A stretch of DNA of 64,000 nucleotides from an uncultured virus (IMG/VR IMGVR_UViG_3300043442_000948) (IMGVR_UViG_3300043442_000948), one strand, 5' to 3'. Counted from the first letter of the stretch, positions 50,053 to 59,620 are shown. A program made the numbers and translations. The notes: generated by a model from the sequence alone, not told the origin.

Positions 50053-50074
50053 CTGGTCGCACGAACAGTTCGTG
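50053..50074. promoter_or_regulatory. Palindromic element CTGGTCGCACGAAC-A-GTTCGTG
   Basis: Exact 22-bp reverse complement of 20035-20056; intergenic. Confidence 0.6.
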
Positions 50075-51754
50075 TTAACCGCCTAGAAGCTTGCGGATTG
50101 CTTGGGCTGGGCTCAAGTCTTCTAATCTTTGCTCGGTGACGTCGTTTCCTAAGTCATAGTCCATCAGTAACTTGCTACTTTTGATTTTTTCTGTGGCTAG
50201 CATAACTTGGTGCTGGTCAATTAGTCCGTTGGTATAAATATAGTGTGTGTTGACAACGTCATTCTTATTGCCAGGTCTAACGGCGCGGCTTAGCGACTGT
50301 TGTATCTTAATACTACTCCAGGGAATACAGTAGTAGATAGCATCGCTGGCAGCAGTCAAGTCAATAGACTCCGCTGTCAAGTTAATACTGAACACCCCGA
50401 CTTTTACGGTGGGGTCGTATTGGAACCTGGAAACTATTTCGACTCTGTCTTCAGGGCTTAACATCGGCGGTGTTGCTTCTGGGTCTTGAGCATAGAGCCT
50501 GATGACGGCAGCGTCTCCAAGAGCACTGCGAAGGGCGGCTGTAGCTATTCGAGCACTAAGTACGTAAGAGCAGAAAACAATGACCTTTCCTTTGGATGCT
50601 TGAACAAGTTCCACTAACTTACTTAGTTTATGAGAGCCGTTAACTGGGCAGTTAGCGACTTGAATCAAAGGTACAATCAGTTTTAGAGCTTCAGCGTTCT
50701 GCCTGCTGCTAGCTAGTTTTAAAGCATTCCGGTGCGCTTCAATATATGCTGAATGGATTTCCATCTGCTCCGCTGTTGGCGGTACTCCAACCAAGTGAAC
50801 TTCGTTCTTCGGGATAGTAATACAATTAGCTACGTTAGGGTCATCGATCCGAACGCGGTGAACGTAACGGCGCATCAGTTCGTAATACTCCGGTGCTTTT
50901 AACGGGTCTAGCTTTCGAATATACCGCTCAGGGGCATTGTCTCCGACTTGTCCAATGTAGTTAGTCTGAAGACGCGTCTTAGTGCTATAGCGTTTAGTAA
51001 AACTACCTAAGTCGCGGTAGGGGAAGTACCGCCCGTAAATCAAACGGCACAGTTGGAACACATGGGGCAGCTCGGTCAACGTACCCGTCAGAGCTACACG
51101 TCGTTTAGCCCTGGAACAGACGTAGTGTAAGTGCTCGCTGCGGCTGCTGCCAGCCTGGAGGTTATGGGCTTCATCAATAACCATGTAAGAAGGACGAAAG
51201 CGCCGCCCTAAGAGACGACTCATAAAGTTGCGCTTTCCTTTCAGGCTTTTGGCCCGTCGTTTCGGAAAGTCTTGGTTGTAGATTAAAATTTGTGCCCTAC
51301 AGTTTAGTAAGTCTTTTTCTGTCTTAATGACAGAGTAATTTAGTATCGTATCTTCAAACTCGTTGAACCTTTCTAGTTCTTCTACCCATCGCTGGGCACT
51401 TAGTAAGTTAGGTACAACAATGTGGAATCGCCCTGCTCTACCAACAGGAGCTTTTCCGTACAGACCGATTAGGGCTAGCAGGGCTGTGTTGGTTTTCCCG
51501 GAGCCTAAAGCGTGGGTTAAGATATGATGCCTCCGGCTACATACAACAGCAGCATTCTCTACTTGATAGGGCCGGTTTTCTAAGTTGGGGTAGTAATAGG
51601 CTACTAGGGCGTTGTATAGACCGCTGATTTGATAGTGGTAGTATGGCACCCCCGGCAAGTTGCTTAGTAAGTCAGGCTCGACAACTTCATAGCTCAGCAG
51701 GTCTAACGGGTTATCAATGATTAACTTGCTGGGGGTAAAAACGGTTTCAGACAT
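50075..51754 (-). CDS. SNF2-family helicase
   Basis: LGSGKT, DEAH, LTGT, ESIDLT, Q..SRAVRPG. Confidence 0.88.
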   Translation of the reverse strand: MSETVFTPSKLIIDNPLDLLSYEVVEPDLLSNLPGVPYYHYQISGLYNALVAYYYPNLENRPYQVENAAVVCSRRHHILTHALGSGKTNTALLALIGLYGKAPVGRAGRFHIVVPNLLSAQRWVEELERFNEFEDTILNYSVIKTEKDLLNCRAQILIYNQDFPKRRAKSLKGKRNFMSRLLGRRFRPSYMVIDEAHNLQAGSSRSEHLHYVCSRAKRRVALTGTLTELPHVFQLCRLIYGRYFPYRDLGSFTKRYSTKTRLQTNYIGQVGDNAPERYIRKLDPLKAPEYYELMRRYVHRVRIDDPNVANCITIPKNEVHLVGVPPTAEQMEIHSAYIEAHRNALKLASSRQNAEALKLIVPLIQVANCPVNGSHKLSKLVELVQASKGKVIVFCSYVLSARIATAALRSALGDAAVIRLYAQDPEATPPMLSPEDRVEIVSRFQYDPTVKVGVFSINLTAESIDLTAASDAIYYCIPWSSIKIQQSLSRAVRPGNKNDVVNTHYIYTNGLIDQHQVMLATEKIKSSKLLMDYDLGNDVTEQRLEDLSPAQAIRKLLGG

Positions 51755-52542
51755 CTTAAGTCCCTTAAGTAAGAGTAAAGTGGGGAGCCTGGTAGTGGTG
51801 GGTAAAGCCAGTCGTTGTTAGTGATATGGACACGACCCTTTTTTAGTTTATAACCAGTCTCCATCTTTGGTTCGCAGCGAGCAGGCCGGCTTGGGTTTAG
51901 GGTAAACACAGCAGGGTGTTGCCCTAACGTTAAGTCGGTACGCCGCCGGCAGTTGTTCAGTTTCTGGGAAGCCAAGTACTTCCCTTCTTCTGGGTATAGC
52001 AAGCAGACGGTCTCGAAAGCGGTACCACCAGCTACCAGGATTGGGATGGTAGGTACGTAGTCATCCAACACTAGCAACTCGTTCTGTAACCACAGTTGGG
52101 CACACTTTTTGACTTGGGTGTTGAACAGAGGTTTGTTCTTGCCGGGGTTACATTTCATAGCGTTTGTGCACCAAACGTCATGATACGAGTCCAGTCCAAA
52201 CATCATTTCCAAGGCCATCCGCAGGAACCCACCGGCGTTATTAGAACGAAGCAGACCGTTCTTTTGCCGCTCGTCTTGTCCTTCACGGTTAGACACAAAC
52301 GGGTAACCAGTAGTTGCTTCGTAGGGCCCGGTAAAGTCACTAATGACTATCAACTTGACTTTGCTTAAGTCATCAGGGCCAGCTCCGCCTACGGCAAACT
52401 CTTTGGGTTGATTTTCTTCTTTCTGACCGTTGTAATACTCCCTTTTGTCCCCAGCGGAACAGGCCCTACAGGTACGGTCAAAGGGGATTAAGGGGTGGGA
52501 AGCCCCTAGATAAGTACCAGGGCGAGCAGTTTCATTGTTCAT
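51721..52542 (-). CDS. Uracil-DNA glycosylase family 4-like protein (SPO1 polymerase-associated type), divergent
   Basis: CRAC, G.GP....L.VI.D..G..E..TG.PFV, AG..L, TNAMKC.P, KKC..WL..E, NPS. Confidence 0.7.
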   Translation of the reverse strand: MNNETARPGTYLGASHPLIPFDRTCRACSAGDKREYYNGQKEENQPKEFAVGGAGPDDLSKVKLIVISDFTGPYEATTGYPFVSNREGQDERQKNGLLRSNNAGGFLRMALEMMFGLDSYHDVWCTNAMKCNPGKNKPLFNTQVKKCAQLWLQNELLVLDDYVPTIPILVAGGTAFETVCLLYPEEGKYLASQKLNNCRRRTDLTLGQHPAVFTLNPSRPARCEPKMETGYKLKKGRVHITNNDWLYPPLPGSPLYSYLRDLRCLKPFLPPAS

Positions 52543-52738
52543 TTACGCTTTCAAGTACAATGCGGGGGTGTTCGTTGGCAATGGGTGATTTGATTACCTG
52601 TCGAACCAAGTAAAGTTTCCCGTGCCGGTCTTTAACAATCGTGCCTTCTTTCAGCACGTGAACTCGTTTACCCCAACTTAGATAATGGTTATACCGAAGT
52701 TGATACTTGGGTTGGTCCTTTTTGTTGATGGGTTTCAT
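52532..52738 (-). CDS. Small hypothetical protein
   Basis: ORF tiling. Confidence 0.5.
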   Translation of the reverse strand: MKPINKKDQPKYQLRYNHYLSWGKRVHVLKEGTIVKDRHGKLYLVRQVIKSPIANEHPRIVLESVNEQ

Positions 52739-54099
52739 GATTGTCCAGTAAGTCTGTCGGTTACTTCTTTGGGTACACGGGCAGAAAGAAACGTCCGGCA
52801 GCTATCTGTGTAGGGAACGGGGTCTATATACAGACACCAACGGTTTGTTTGTTTAAGATAGGCCTGCGTTATCGTAAACAGGGATTTCTGTTCTGTTGGC
52901 GCCGGCAGTGCCCACTCGTCAAAGTCTTCTGGGAAGTCGGTGTCATAGTCAACAGTGTCATAACTCTGTTGCGCTTCCTGGTCTTTAGCATGCTTCAGCA
53001 TTGTCTCAAGACATTTCTTCAGATAGTTGAAGTTGACGATGATAGTGTACCACTCATCGTCTAATCCCTCGGGCGCAGCGTAGCTAACACTAGACTCTTC
53101 AAGCTTTAATATATCGCCCAACTTAGTAATAGACAGCTTTGTGCCCTCTAAGTCAGATAGTAAGATGTCTTCGGAGTCGGCACTCTTCTTTGGAACTTGG
53201 ATAAGAAGAGATTCATAGAACTCTTTTAAGTCGAAGATTCGCTGGGCTTCGTGTTGGACTACTAAGGACGCCGGGTTGCCTAAAACCTTAGGAGCAGTGT
53301 CACTAACAGTCTTGCATTGGTTGGCTTCGATAGTAGGTAAGATAATAAAGCCAGCGTCACCGCTGAACTTAACAACGTTTGGGTAGTCGAGGTTGTCGAC
53401 AAAGACTGTAATTTCTGGGGTTTCGTTAAAGACTGTCTGTAGTTTTGGCAGGTGTCTAGCTGCTATCCCAAAGTTGATAATCACGTCTTCTGCAGAGAAA
53501 CGTTTGGTTTCACTAAGGATATAGCTGATGCCCGACTTACCGGTGTACTCAGTGCAGTAGACCCCAACGGTGTCGTAGGAGTAGGCTTTGAGCCAAACAA
53601 CTCTGCCGTTCGTGTCCCCCTTACATTTACTAAAGGTATTAATGTAATTGCAGGCCCGCCGGAATTCCCACCCGTCCGTCAAGCGGGTTAAAACCTGCCA
53701 GTCTACTGGTGGAACCTCGAATAGATCGGCGTCTCCACTATAGGTCTGGCTTTCGATGTTATCGTTACGACCATTTACACATTCTAGAATGACGGCGTTG
53801 CGATTAGTCGCTATCAATCGAAGACCATGGCGACGCCATACATCGTTGTTCAGTCGGTTCTTAATATCTTCTCCATCCAATAGAAACTTGCTTCCTACAA
53901 CCCCAAAGCCGGACAACTTCCGCTGGAACCAGGCGTTACCAATCATGTAAGCAGTCAGCAAGCATTCTTCAGATGTGACCTGTTCTAATAAAATGTATCG
54001 TAGGATATTGCCTGGCTCCCGCGTGCTATCCGGGTCGTAGAGATAGGTGATTGCGGAGGTTAAATCCTTCGCCGTGGCAAAGTCAATGTATTCAGACAT
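52735..54099 (-). CDS. Putative divergent DNA sliding clamp (DnaN-like)
   Basis: Repeating beta-alpha pattern, VYCTEY.G, IIVNFNYL..CL near the C-terminus; clamp loader in the same window. Confidence 0.4.
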   Translation of the reverse strand: MSEYIDFATAKDLTSAITYLYDPDSTREPGNILRYILLEQVTSEECLLTAYMIGNAWFQRKLSGFGVVGSKFLLDGEDIKNRLNNDVWRRHGLRLIATNRNAVILECVNGRNDNIESQTYSGDADLFEVPPVDWQVLTRLTDGWEFRRACNYINTFSKCKGDTNGRVVWLKAYSYDTVGVYCTEYTGKSGISYILSETKRFSAEDVIINFGIAARHLPKLQTVFNETPEITVFVDNLDYPNVVKFSGDAGFIILPTIEANQCKTVSDTAPKVLGNPASLVVQHEAQRIFDLKEFYESLLIQVPKKSADSEDILLSDLEGTKLSITKLGDILKLEESSVSYAAPEGLDDEWYTIIVNFNYLKKCLETMLKHAKDQEAQQSYDTVDYDTDFPEDFDEWALPAPTEQKSLFTITQAYLKQTNRWCLYIDPVPYTDSCRTFLSARVPKEVTDRLTGQS

Positions 54100-54151
54100 A
54101 TATTACCTGATGATTATTGGTGCTGTCCCTTTACTATTTTCTCCCCCTAAT

Positions 54152-54178
54152 AAGAAAAAGCACTGCTTTTGCAGCGCT
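54152..54178 (-). terminator. Rho-independent terminator
   Basis: AGCGCTGC-AAAA-GCAGTGCT-TTTT. Confidence 0.75.
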
Positions 54179-54199
54179 CAGGTTACCCCTTTAATTTAA

Positions 54200-54405
54200 T
54201 TATCGGCTTTCTTCAATTTCTTTGGTGAGCTTTTCTATCAAGGTCTGGAGTCGGCAGCTATCATCCCCTGGTACTCTAGGGAGTGGCAGCTTGGTATTAG
54301 GCCATAGGTAGATATCTCCACAGATACAATGCAGCTCCGTTAAGCCGGCTACTTAACCGAAGAATGGGAGATTAAGCGGTGTTTTAGCTCTTGTTTAGTA
54401 GCCAT
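54200..54405 (-). pseudogene. Small frameshifted ORF with HCxCG motif
   Basis: MATKQELKHRLISHSSVK* continues in the -1 frame as VAGLTELHCICGDIYLW...EESR*. Confidence 0.45.
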
Positions 54406-54408
54406 AGT

Positions 54409-55074
54409 TTAGTAGTTCCAACGGATACGGCCAGGTCTTAAGTCACAATGGACGAATCCCCTTTTGGCTCCATACCCTAATGCTTTATCCCACTTGCTGT
54501 CCAACCATTTCTGGAACTGATAGATGTCCTTTCCGACTGGGTAAATATCTGCTGCGCCGCCGTTGATATGCTGACTGTTGGACACACCACCAACAGCTCG
54601 GTTGACTGCAGGTGGGCGGTACCAACTAGTCACGCCAATAGGGCCTCCCCAGGCTTCACGAACTTCATCTAATTCCTTAGCTAACCGTAGGATGTTGTTA
54701 ATAACCGTAGGGTCAGTTGGAATTCGTCTGTTGTCACGTTGGGTAACGTCACCGACAGTGAAGTACTTGCTAATGCGTTGTGAAGGAATCCTCCAGTTGA
54801 TTTTATCCTTTGGAACTGGAGCGCTTTGGCTAGCTAGCTTCAGAAGTAGAGTAGCTGAACCTGGCCCGAGTAAAGTTGGTTCGTTCTGGCTAGTCGCAAT
54901 CTTGAAGTTAGCGAAAGCTGTTTTAGTATTGACGCCGCAGATACCATCAATGTTGTGTGTGTAATAACCAGCTTTGGCGAGTAACGTTTGAACTTCTTTA
55001 CAGAGTTCAACATCTTCGTTCAGCTGGTTCAACTTAATGGTCTTTTGTGACTTAATAAACTCTTCTAGTTTCAT
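54409..55074 (-). CDS. Endolysin: PG-binding domain plus peptidase M15A
   Basis: VQTLL..AGY....IDG.CG..T; SWYRPP.VN..VGG..NSQH..G.AADI...FVHCD.R. Confidence 0.9.
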   Translation of the reverse strand: MKLEEFIKSQKTIKLNQLNEDVELCKEVQTLLAKAGYYTHNIDGICGVNTKTAFANFKIATSQNEPTLLGPGSATLLLKLASQSAPVPKDKINWRIPSQRISKYFTVGDVTQRDNRRIPTDPTVINNILRLAKELDEVREAWGGPIGVTSWYRPPAVNRAVGGVSNSQHINGGAADIYPVGKDIYQFQKWLDSKWDKALGYGAKRGFVHCDLRPGRIRWNY

Positions 55075-55283
55075 ACGCTTGGGCCTTTTGGCGGTTGTTT
55101 TCTACCCGGAGCACTTCTTTTTAGGGGATTTAAGTCCGGGCTTAAGACAGCTAGACCGGAGGACATGAAAGTATAGAAGGCGTTATTCCAAACGTCTTTT
55201 ACCTTTTCTGGAATCCAGATAGAAGATACTAAGAGGGCTAAAGATATACACAAAAGTCCGCTTCCTACTGTAGTTTGGTTCAT
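55071..55283 (-). CDS. Putative holin
   Basis: Small, two hydrophobic segments, basic tail, coupled to the endolysin. Confidence 0.55.
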   Translation of the reverse strand: MNQTTVGSGLLCISLALLVSSIWIPEKVKDVWNNAFYTFMSSGLAVLSPDLNPLKRSAPGRKQPPKGPSV

Positions 55284-55318
55284 TGTGTACTCCGGCGTCG
55301 TTACACTTTACAGTCTAG

Positions 55319-55543
55319 TTAATGATGGCAAGCCTGTAGTAATTGCTTAGCTTCGTGGACGGCGGTGTAAATTGAGTCGACTACACCGTCGCTCGGGGTG
55401 TTAGCAATTATGCGGGCGCAATAAATCTGCACCGCTGCCGCCTCAAGTTTGTTTAACGGAGCATTGGGGTCGAAGAAAGAAGATTGGTTATACAAAGACC
55501 CAGCCCCACTCTGGAGCATTGCTTGATGGGTTAAAGAGTCCAT
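55319..55543 (-). CDS. Hypothetical protein
   Basis: L.KLE.AA pattern; ORF tiling. Confidence 0.55.
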   Translation of the reverse strand: MDSLTHQAMLQSGAGSLYNQSSFFDPNAPLNKLEAAAVQIYCARIIANTPSDGVVDSIYTAVHEAKQLLQACHH

Positions 55544-55545
55544 AG

Positions 55546-55731
55546 TTAATCTGGGTTGTGAAACGGCACCGCGCCGATGTCTACTTCATAGGTATCCATT
55601 AGCGGCGTGGCGTTTTCTGGTAATGGTTGTTGCTCGGCAACGATTTGAATAGCTTCTTGTAGAGTAGTAGCTTTAACTTTGATAGTGCCCACGCATTCAT
55701 AGATAACGGGAACAGTGAAGATACGTTTCAT
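55546..55731 (-). CDS. Hypothetical protein
   Basis: VPV.YE..G.I.V.A.TL.EAI pattern. Confidence 0.6.
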   Translation of the reverse strand: MKRIFTVPVIYECVGTIKVKATTLQEAIQIVAEQQPLPENATPLMDTYEVDIGAVPFHNPD

Positions 55732-55776
55732 TGACTAGGGTAAACAGATATAACTACTATTTACCCTAGCAAACGT

Positions 55777-56796
55777 TTAGTGTGCCCAGACGGGGGCAAT
55801 AGCGAACTCAGCACAGCCTTTAATTTCAGAACCCATCCGCTGGAACATTTCCGTTTGGGTGGATTCCATAATTCGTTGGCATAGTTGTGCCCAGTGTAAA
55901 GCTTCTTCGTCGTAGCTGAACTTAATCTCCGTTACAACGCCGTCTTTGATTTTGCATTTGTCCCAATCAATCCAAGACCGCCCCGGTGCTTGGACGATCA
56001 ACTCATCGTGGACTTGTCCTATCAAAGCAGGAGGAGTTTCTAGGTGGGAGTAAGACTCGAACTCAGTGTCTAAGGCTATCATAGCCTCTTTGGTTTGTAC
56101 GGCTCCGCTGCCTTGAACCATAAAGTTAACAGCAGCTCGTTCTGCAGACTCACCATCTTTTCCACCTGCACGTTCTTCTGCTACCCACCGCTGGGACGAA
56201 TAACCGTAGGGAAGAATGGCATACCCACGGGCAGCGGCGATTCGTCCTACCTCTTCTGCCCATTCGTAATAACCAGCATAGGTATTACGGTGTCCTTTGA
56301 CCCAACTTTCAGCAGTCTCCAGTTTAACATGGTTACGTTCACTAATAGATTTAGCTGTTGATAAATAGATCATAGCGAAGTTTAACGTCTTCCCGGTATC
56401 CCGCGGTGAGCGTTTATCTGTTGGTAACTTAGCCCGAGCGATTCCTTCCCACTGGTCTTCAGTGGTACCTACAAAACGTTGAGGGTCTATGCAGTTTACG
56501 GCTGATAAGGTATGGAGGTCAGCACGGGGGTTCTTGTACTCTTTTCCCTCTGGTGTAATTAACTTCTCTGGGACTAAGTAAGAAGCACACATAGCCGGGT
56601 CTTTAGATAAGACCGCTGATGTCCGTAACTCCTGGCTGCTGAAGTCACAGCTGATGATTACTCCTTTGCTTGTACAGAAGCCATTGCGGGGGTTACTAAT
56701 GATTTCTTGTAGCTCAACGACTGTTGGGGTAACTGCAATTTCCGGAATCACGCCTATACCGCCGGCTTTAGGTCTTAGGTTTAACTTTCTACGCAT
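55777..56796 (-). CDS. polA: Family A DNA polymerase, C-terminal part (motifs A, B, C)
   Basis: DFSSQELR (A), RDTGKTLNFAMIY (B), ERAAVNFMVQG, QVHDELI (C). Confidence 0.9.
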   Translation of the reverse strand: MRRKLNLRPKAGGIGVIPEIAVTPTVVELQEIISNPRNGFCTSKGVIISCDFSSQELRTSAVLSKDPAMCASYLVPEKLITPEGKEYKNPRADLHTLSAVNCIDPQRFVGTTEDQWEGIARAKLPTDKRSPRDTGKTLNFAMIYLSTAKSISERNHVKLETAESWVKGHRNTYAGYYEWAEEVGRIAAARGYAILPYGYSSQRWVAEERAGGKDGESAERAAVNFMVQGSGAVQTKEAMIALDTEFESYSHLETPPALIGQVHDELIVQAPGRSWIDWDKCKIKDGVVTEIKFSYDEEALHWAQLCQRIMESTQTEMFQRMGSEIKGCAEFAIAPVWAH

Positions 56797-56797
56797 A

Positions 56798-56820
56798 ATA
56801 AAAGACCCCTTCGCGGGGCC
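56798..56820 (-). terminator. Terminator-like hairpin immediately before the polA C-part start
   Basis: GGCCCC-GCGAA-GGGGTC-TTTT. Confidence 0.6.
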
Positions 56821-56828
56821 ACTTAGGT

Positions 56829-57407
56829 TTACTCAGTCGGGATTTGGTAGTACCACCATCCGGCTACGCCGTGGTCTGGTAGGACTTCGGTTACAGCTTG
56901 AACAACACCAGGCCAATGCTCTGGTGAATAGTCGTCCCCTGCCATGAAACCGCCGGGTTTCATCTTAGGTAGCCAAGCTTTGATGTCTTTCTTTACTGCT
57001 TCGTATTCGTGGGCACCGTCAATAAACAAAAAGTCTACGGAGCCATCTTCAAATTTAGCGGCGCTAGCGGCGGAGTCCCCTTTGATGGGAGCTACGTACT
57101 TCCCACAGCCGCAGGCTTCTAAGTTCTCTAGGAAGATATCAAACAGAGTGGTCTGGCGGCGGGCTAGGTCAGCTAACTCGCCGGTATGCTCTGGTGACCC
57201 TTCAAAGGTGTCGATGGCGTAGAACTCAATCTTCTTGCGGGAACTTTTAATTTTGTCAGCTAGGTAAATAGTAGACTTACCCTGCCAAACACCAATCTCC
57301 ACGAAAACAGCGCCGCTCTTGGCTTCTTTAACCATTTGGTCGTAGAGCAAGGGCCAGCCGAACCAACCGTGGATATTGTCCCAATGTTCTTTAATTTTCT
57401 TATTCAT
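56829..57407 (-). CDS. Class I SAM-dependent methyltransferase (Methyltransf_24-like)
   Basis: VEIGVWQGKS, IDTF, GDS, FIDGAHEYE.V..D...W...KPGG..AGDDY. Confidence 0.88.
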   Translation of the reverse strand: MNKKIKEHWDNIHGWFGWPLLYDQMVKEAKSGAVFVEIGVWQGKSTIYLADKIKSSRKKIEFYAIDTFEGSPEHTGELADLARRQTTLFDIFLENLEACGCGKYVAPIKGDSAASAAKFEDGSVDFLFIDGAHEYEAVKKDIKAWLPKMKPGGFMAGDDYSPEHWPGVVQAVTEVLPDHGVAGWWYYQIPTE

Positions 57408-58011
57408 TCCATTTAACTTTGTAGAGTTGTTCGCAAACGGGGAAGAAATGGCTATTGACTAGCCGTCTTGTTTCATTTGCTTTAATTGTATTGGATGCGT
57501 CGTTGTGGTGAGCGCAAGGCAAGCCAGTTTGAACACACGGGTACCCAGCTTCTTCCAAGCGTCGATAGTAATCGTTATCGAGGAAGTAAAAAGGAAAGCG
57601 TAGCCAATCCCACTCACCAACGGCTTTGACAGCTTCGACGTTGAAGACACAACAGACATCGTAATTGGTAAACAATACTCCCCACGGCTCGCTGCGGGCT
57701 TCAGCGATGGCGTACAAAGTATCAATAGTTCCAGGGCCTGGCTCGCCGTCGTTATGTTGAAAGCCAAAGCAATCCAACTTTTGTACGATGGCAATGCGGC
57801 GCATCCAGTTCATTGTTTGTGCAGTGGTTAAAGGCACGGGTGATGTTAAGAACTCATGGGGCTCAAGGTAGTCAGTGTGGGTGCAGTCTTCTACTCCCGA
57901 GTTGTCAATGACGACTAACCGGTTATTGGCGACAGTACCCCTAACAGAGGCTATTGCCCGTTCAGTTAGGTCTAGTCGGTTGACGTGGGGTATGAAGTGT
58001 AAGAATTTCAT
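57400..58011 (-). CDS. GT2-like glycosyltransferase
   Basis: IP.VNR.DL..RAI.S, VVIDNS, HND, VG.WD...YFLDNDYYRRL. Confidence 0.75.
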   Translation of the reverse strand: MKFLHFIPHVNRLDLTERAIASVRGTVANNRLVVIDNSGVEDCTHTDYLEPHEFLTSPVPLTTAQTMNWMRRIAIVQKLDCFGFQHNDGEPGPGTIDTLYAIAEARSEPWGVLFTNYDVCCVFNVEAVKAVGEWDWLRFPFYFLDNDYYRRLEEAGYPCVQTGLPCAHHNDASNTIKANETRRLVNSHFFPVCEQLYKVKWNE

Positions 58012-58211
58012 TAGACGAAGATGTACCGGTGATCAGGAATCTGTTTGATGAGCTCCACGCATTCGTGCGCGGCGTACTCGTCTACAAAGATTTTAGCTTT
58101 ACTTCGGTCAAATGTTAAAACTGGGCTGACAACCCCATGGTTTTTTACAGCGCCAACGATAAACGCCGCAGCGCCCTGATAAAAGAACGAAGGGCGAAAG
58201 TATTTGAACAT
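58011..58211 (-). CDS. Small hypothetical protein
   Basis: ORF tiling. Confidence 0.5.
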   Translation of the reverse strand: MFKYFRPSFFYQGAAAFIVGAVKNHGVVSPVLTFDRSKAKIFVDEYAAHECVELIKQIPDHRYIFV

Positions 58212-58251
58212 AGGCTATTTGTGTAGTAGTTTGTTCTTTTTTAGAATCGGT

Positions 58252-58584
58252 ATGTTTTCTTTTTTCTATTTTCTTGTCGGAGCAGGCGCCTCCTTAGTTA
58301 CTCTAGGGCTTACGGAAGCTGTTGTTAAACCTATCGCACAACGGCAAACCAAGCGCTTAATTAAGGCCTACGTTCCTAAACTACTAGACAAACTAGACTC
58401 TGTACTGCCTTCTTGGTTGGGTCAATTAAGCGAAGATGAAATCCGAACAGCTCTAGAGATGTTTATCTGGGAAGAGGCAGAAAGTAGAAATGAAACACTA
58501 TTACCTAAGGATGTTGATACAATTATTAGTGACACAGTAACTACTTACTCGTTTCTAACTAATGCTGCCAAACTCCTTAAATAA
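58252..58584 (+). CDS. Membrane-anchored hypothetical protein
   Basis: Hydrophobic N-terminus (MFSFFYFLVGAG); start moved to ATG 58252. Confidence 0.6.
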   Translation: MFSFFYFLVGAGASLVTLGLTEAVVKPIAQRQTKRLIKAYVPKLLDKLDSVLPSWLGQLSEDEIRTALEMFIWEEAESRNETLLPKDVDTIISDTVTTYSFLTNAAKLLK

Positions 58585-59620
58585 CCCTTTAGATGTTGAA
58601 GACCTATTTGACGACGAGCTTCTTCAGGATAAAGAAATCCGTAATCTGAAGCACAAACTTAAGCTGGTCAGTACCAAATATCAGACTGCACTGGACACCA
58701 TCTCCAAGTTGGAGGTAGCACTTAAAACTACCTTGGATATACAGGCAGTCATAAAAAAGCAGCAAGCCGTAAAGTTAACGTCGTTAGTTGGGGAAGGCCC
58801 ACCGGAAGCCATCCCCATTTTGTTATGGAGTGATTGGCATGTGGGTGAGATGGTTGACCCCGCTACTGTCAACCATAAGAACTCCTACAACCCAGATATC
58901 TGTCAAGAGCGGGCTAATAAGCTATTTTGTAACACGGCGGATATGATTAATATGCTGAAGTCCCGTTACACCATTAACAATCTAATTGTGTGGTTAGGTG
59001 GGGATTTTGTCACTGGCTACATCCACGCCGAGTTAATGGAGTCTAATGCTATGGCTCCGACTCAAGAATGCTTGTTTGTTTCTTCTTTAATCAAAAGCGG
59101 GTTAAACTACCTTATCGAGAATACCGGGGTTAGTAATGTTATCGTTCCCTGTAGTTTTGGGAATCATGGTCGCTTGACTGACCACATTCGGATCAGTACC
59201 GGTCATGTTAATAATATCGAGTGGTTTATGTACCAGACTCTAGCCGAGCAGTATAAGCTACACGATAAAATAACCTTTTACATAAGTGACGGACATGTCA
59301 TGTATATGGAAGTCTGGGGTAAGATGCTTCGATTTACTCATGGTGACGCTATCCGCTATGGTGGTGGCACTAACGGCGTTGCTGTCCCTATTAGTAAGTG
59401 GATTAGTAAGCACGACCAGATTGAGCCGGCGGACATGACTTTTCTAGGTCACTTTCATAATACCTGTTTTGATAAGAGATTTACGGTCAATAACTGTCTA
59501 ATAGGTGCCACTCCTTACTCAGCAAGATTAGGCTTTCCGGTTGAACCACCGGACCAATCTCTGGTACTATTAGAAAAGGAAAAAGGCTTCACCCTACGAG
59601 TTGCAATCGCGGCTGAATAG
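58562..59620 (+). CDS. Metallophosphoesterase with N-terminal coiled coil
   Basis: SDWH, GGD, GNHGR, THGD, GHFH. Confidence 0.85.
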   Translation: MLPNSLNNPLDVEDLFDDELLQDKEIRNLKHKLKLVSTKYQTALDTISKLEVALKTTLDIQAVIKKQQAVKLTSLVGEGPPEAIPILLWSDWHVGEMVDPATVNHKNSYNPDICQERANKLFCNTADMINMLKSRYTINNLIVWLGGDFVTGYIHAELMESNAMAPTQECLFVSSLIKSGLNYLIENTGVSNVIVPCSFGNHGRLTDHIRISTGHVNNIEWFMYQTLAEQYKLHDKITFYISDGHVMYMEVWGKMLRFTHGDAIRYGGGTNGVAVPISKWISKHDQIEPADMTFLGHFHNTCFDKRFTVNNCLIGATPYSARLGFPVEPPDQSLVLLEKEKGFTLRVAIAAE

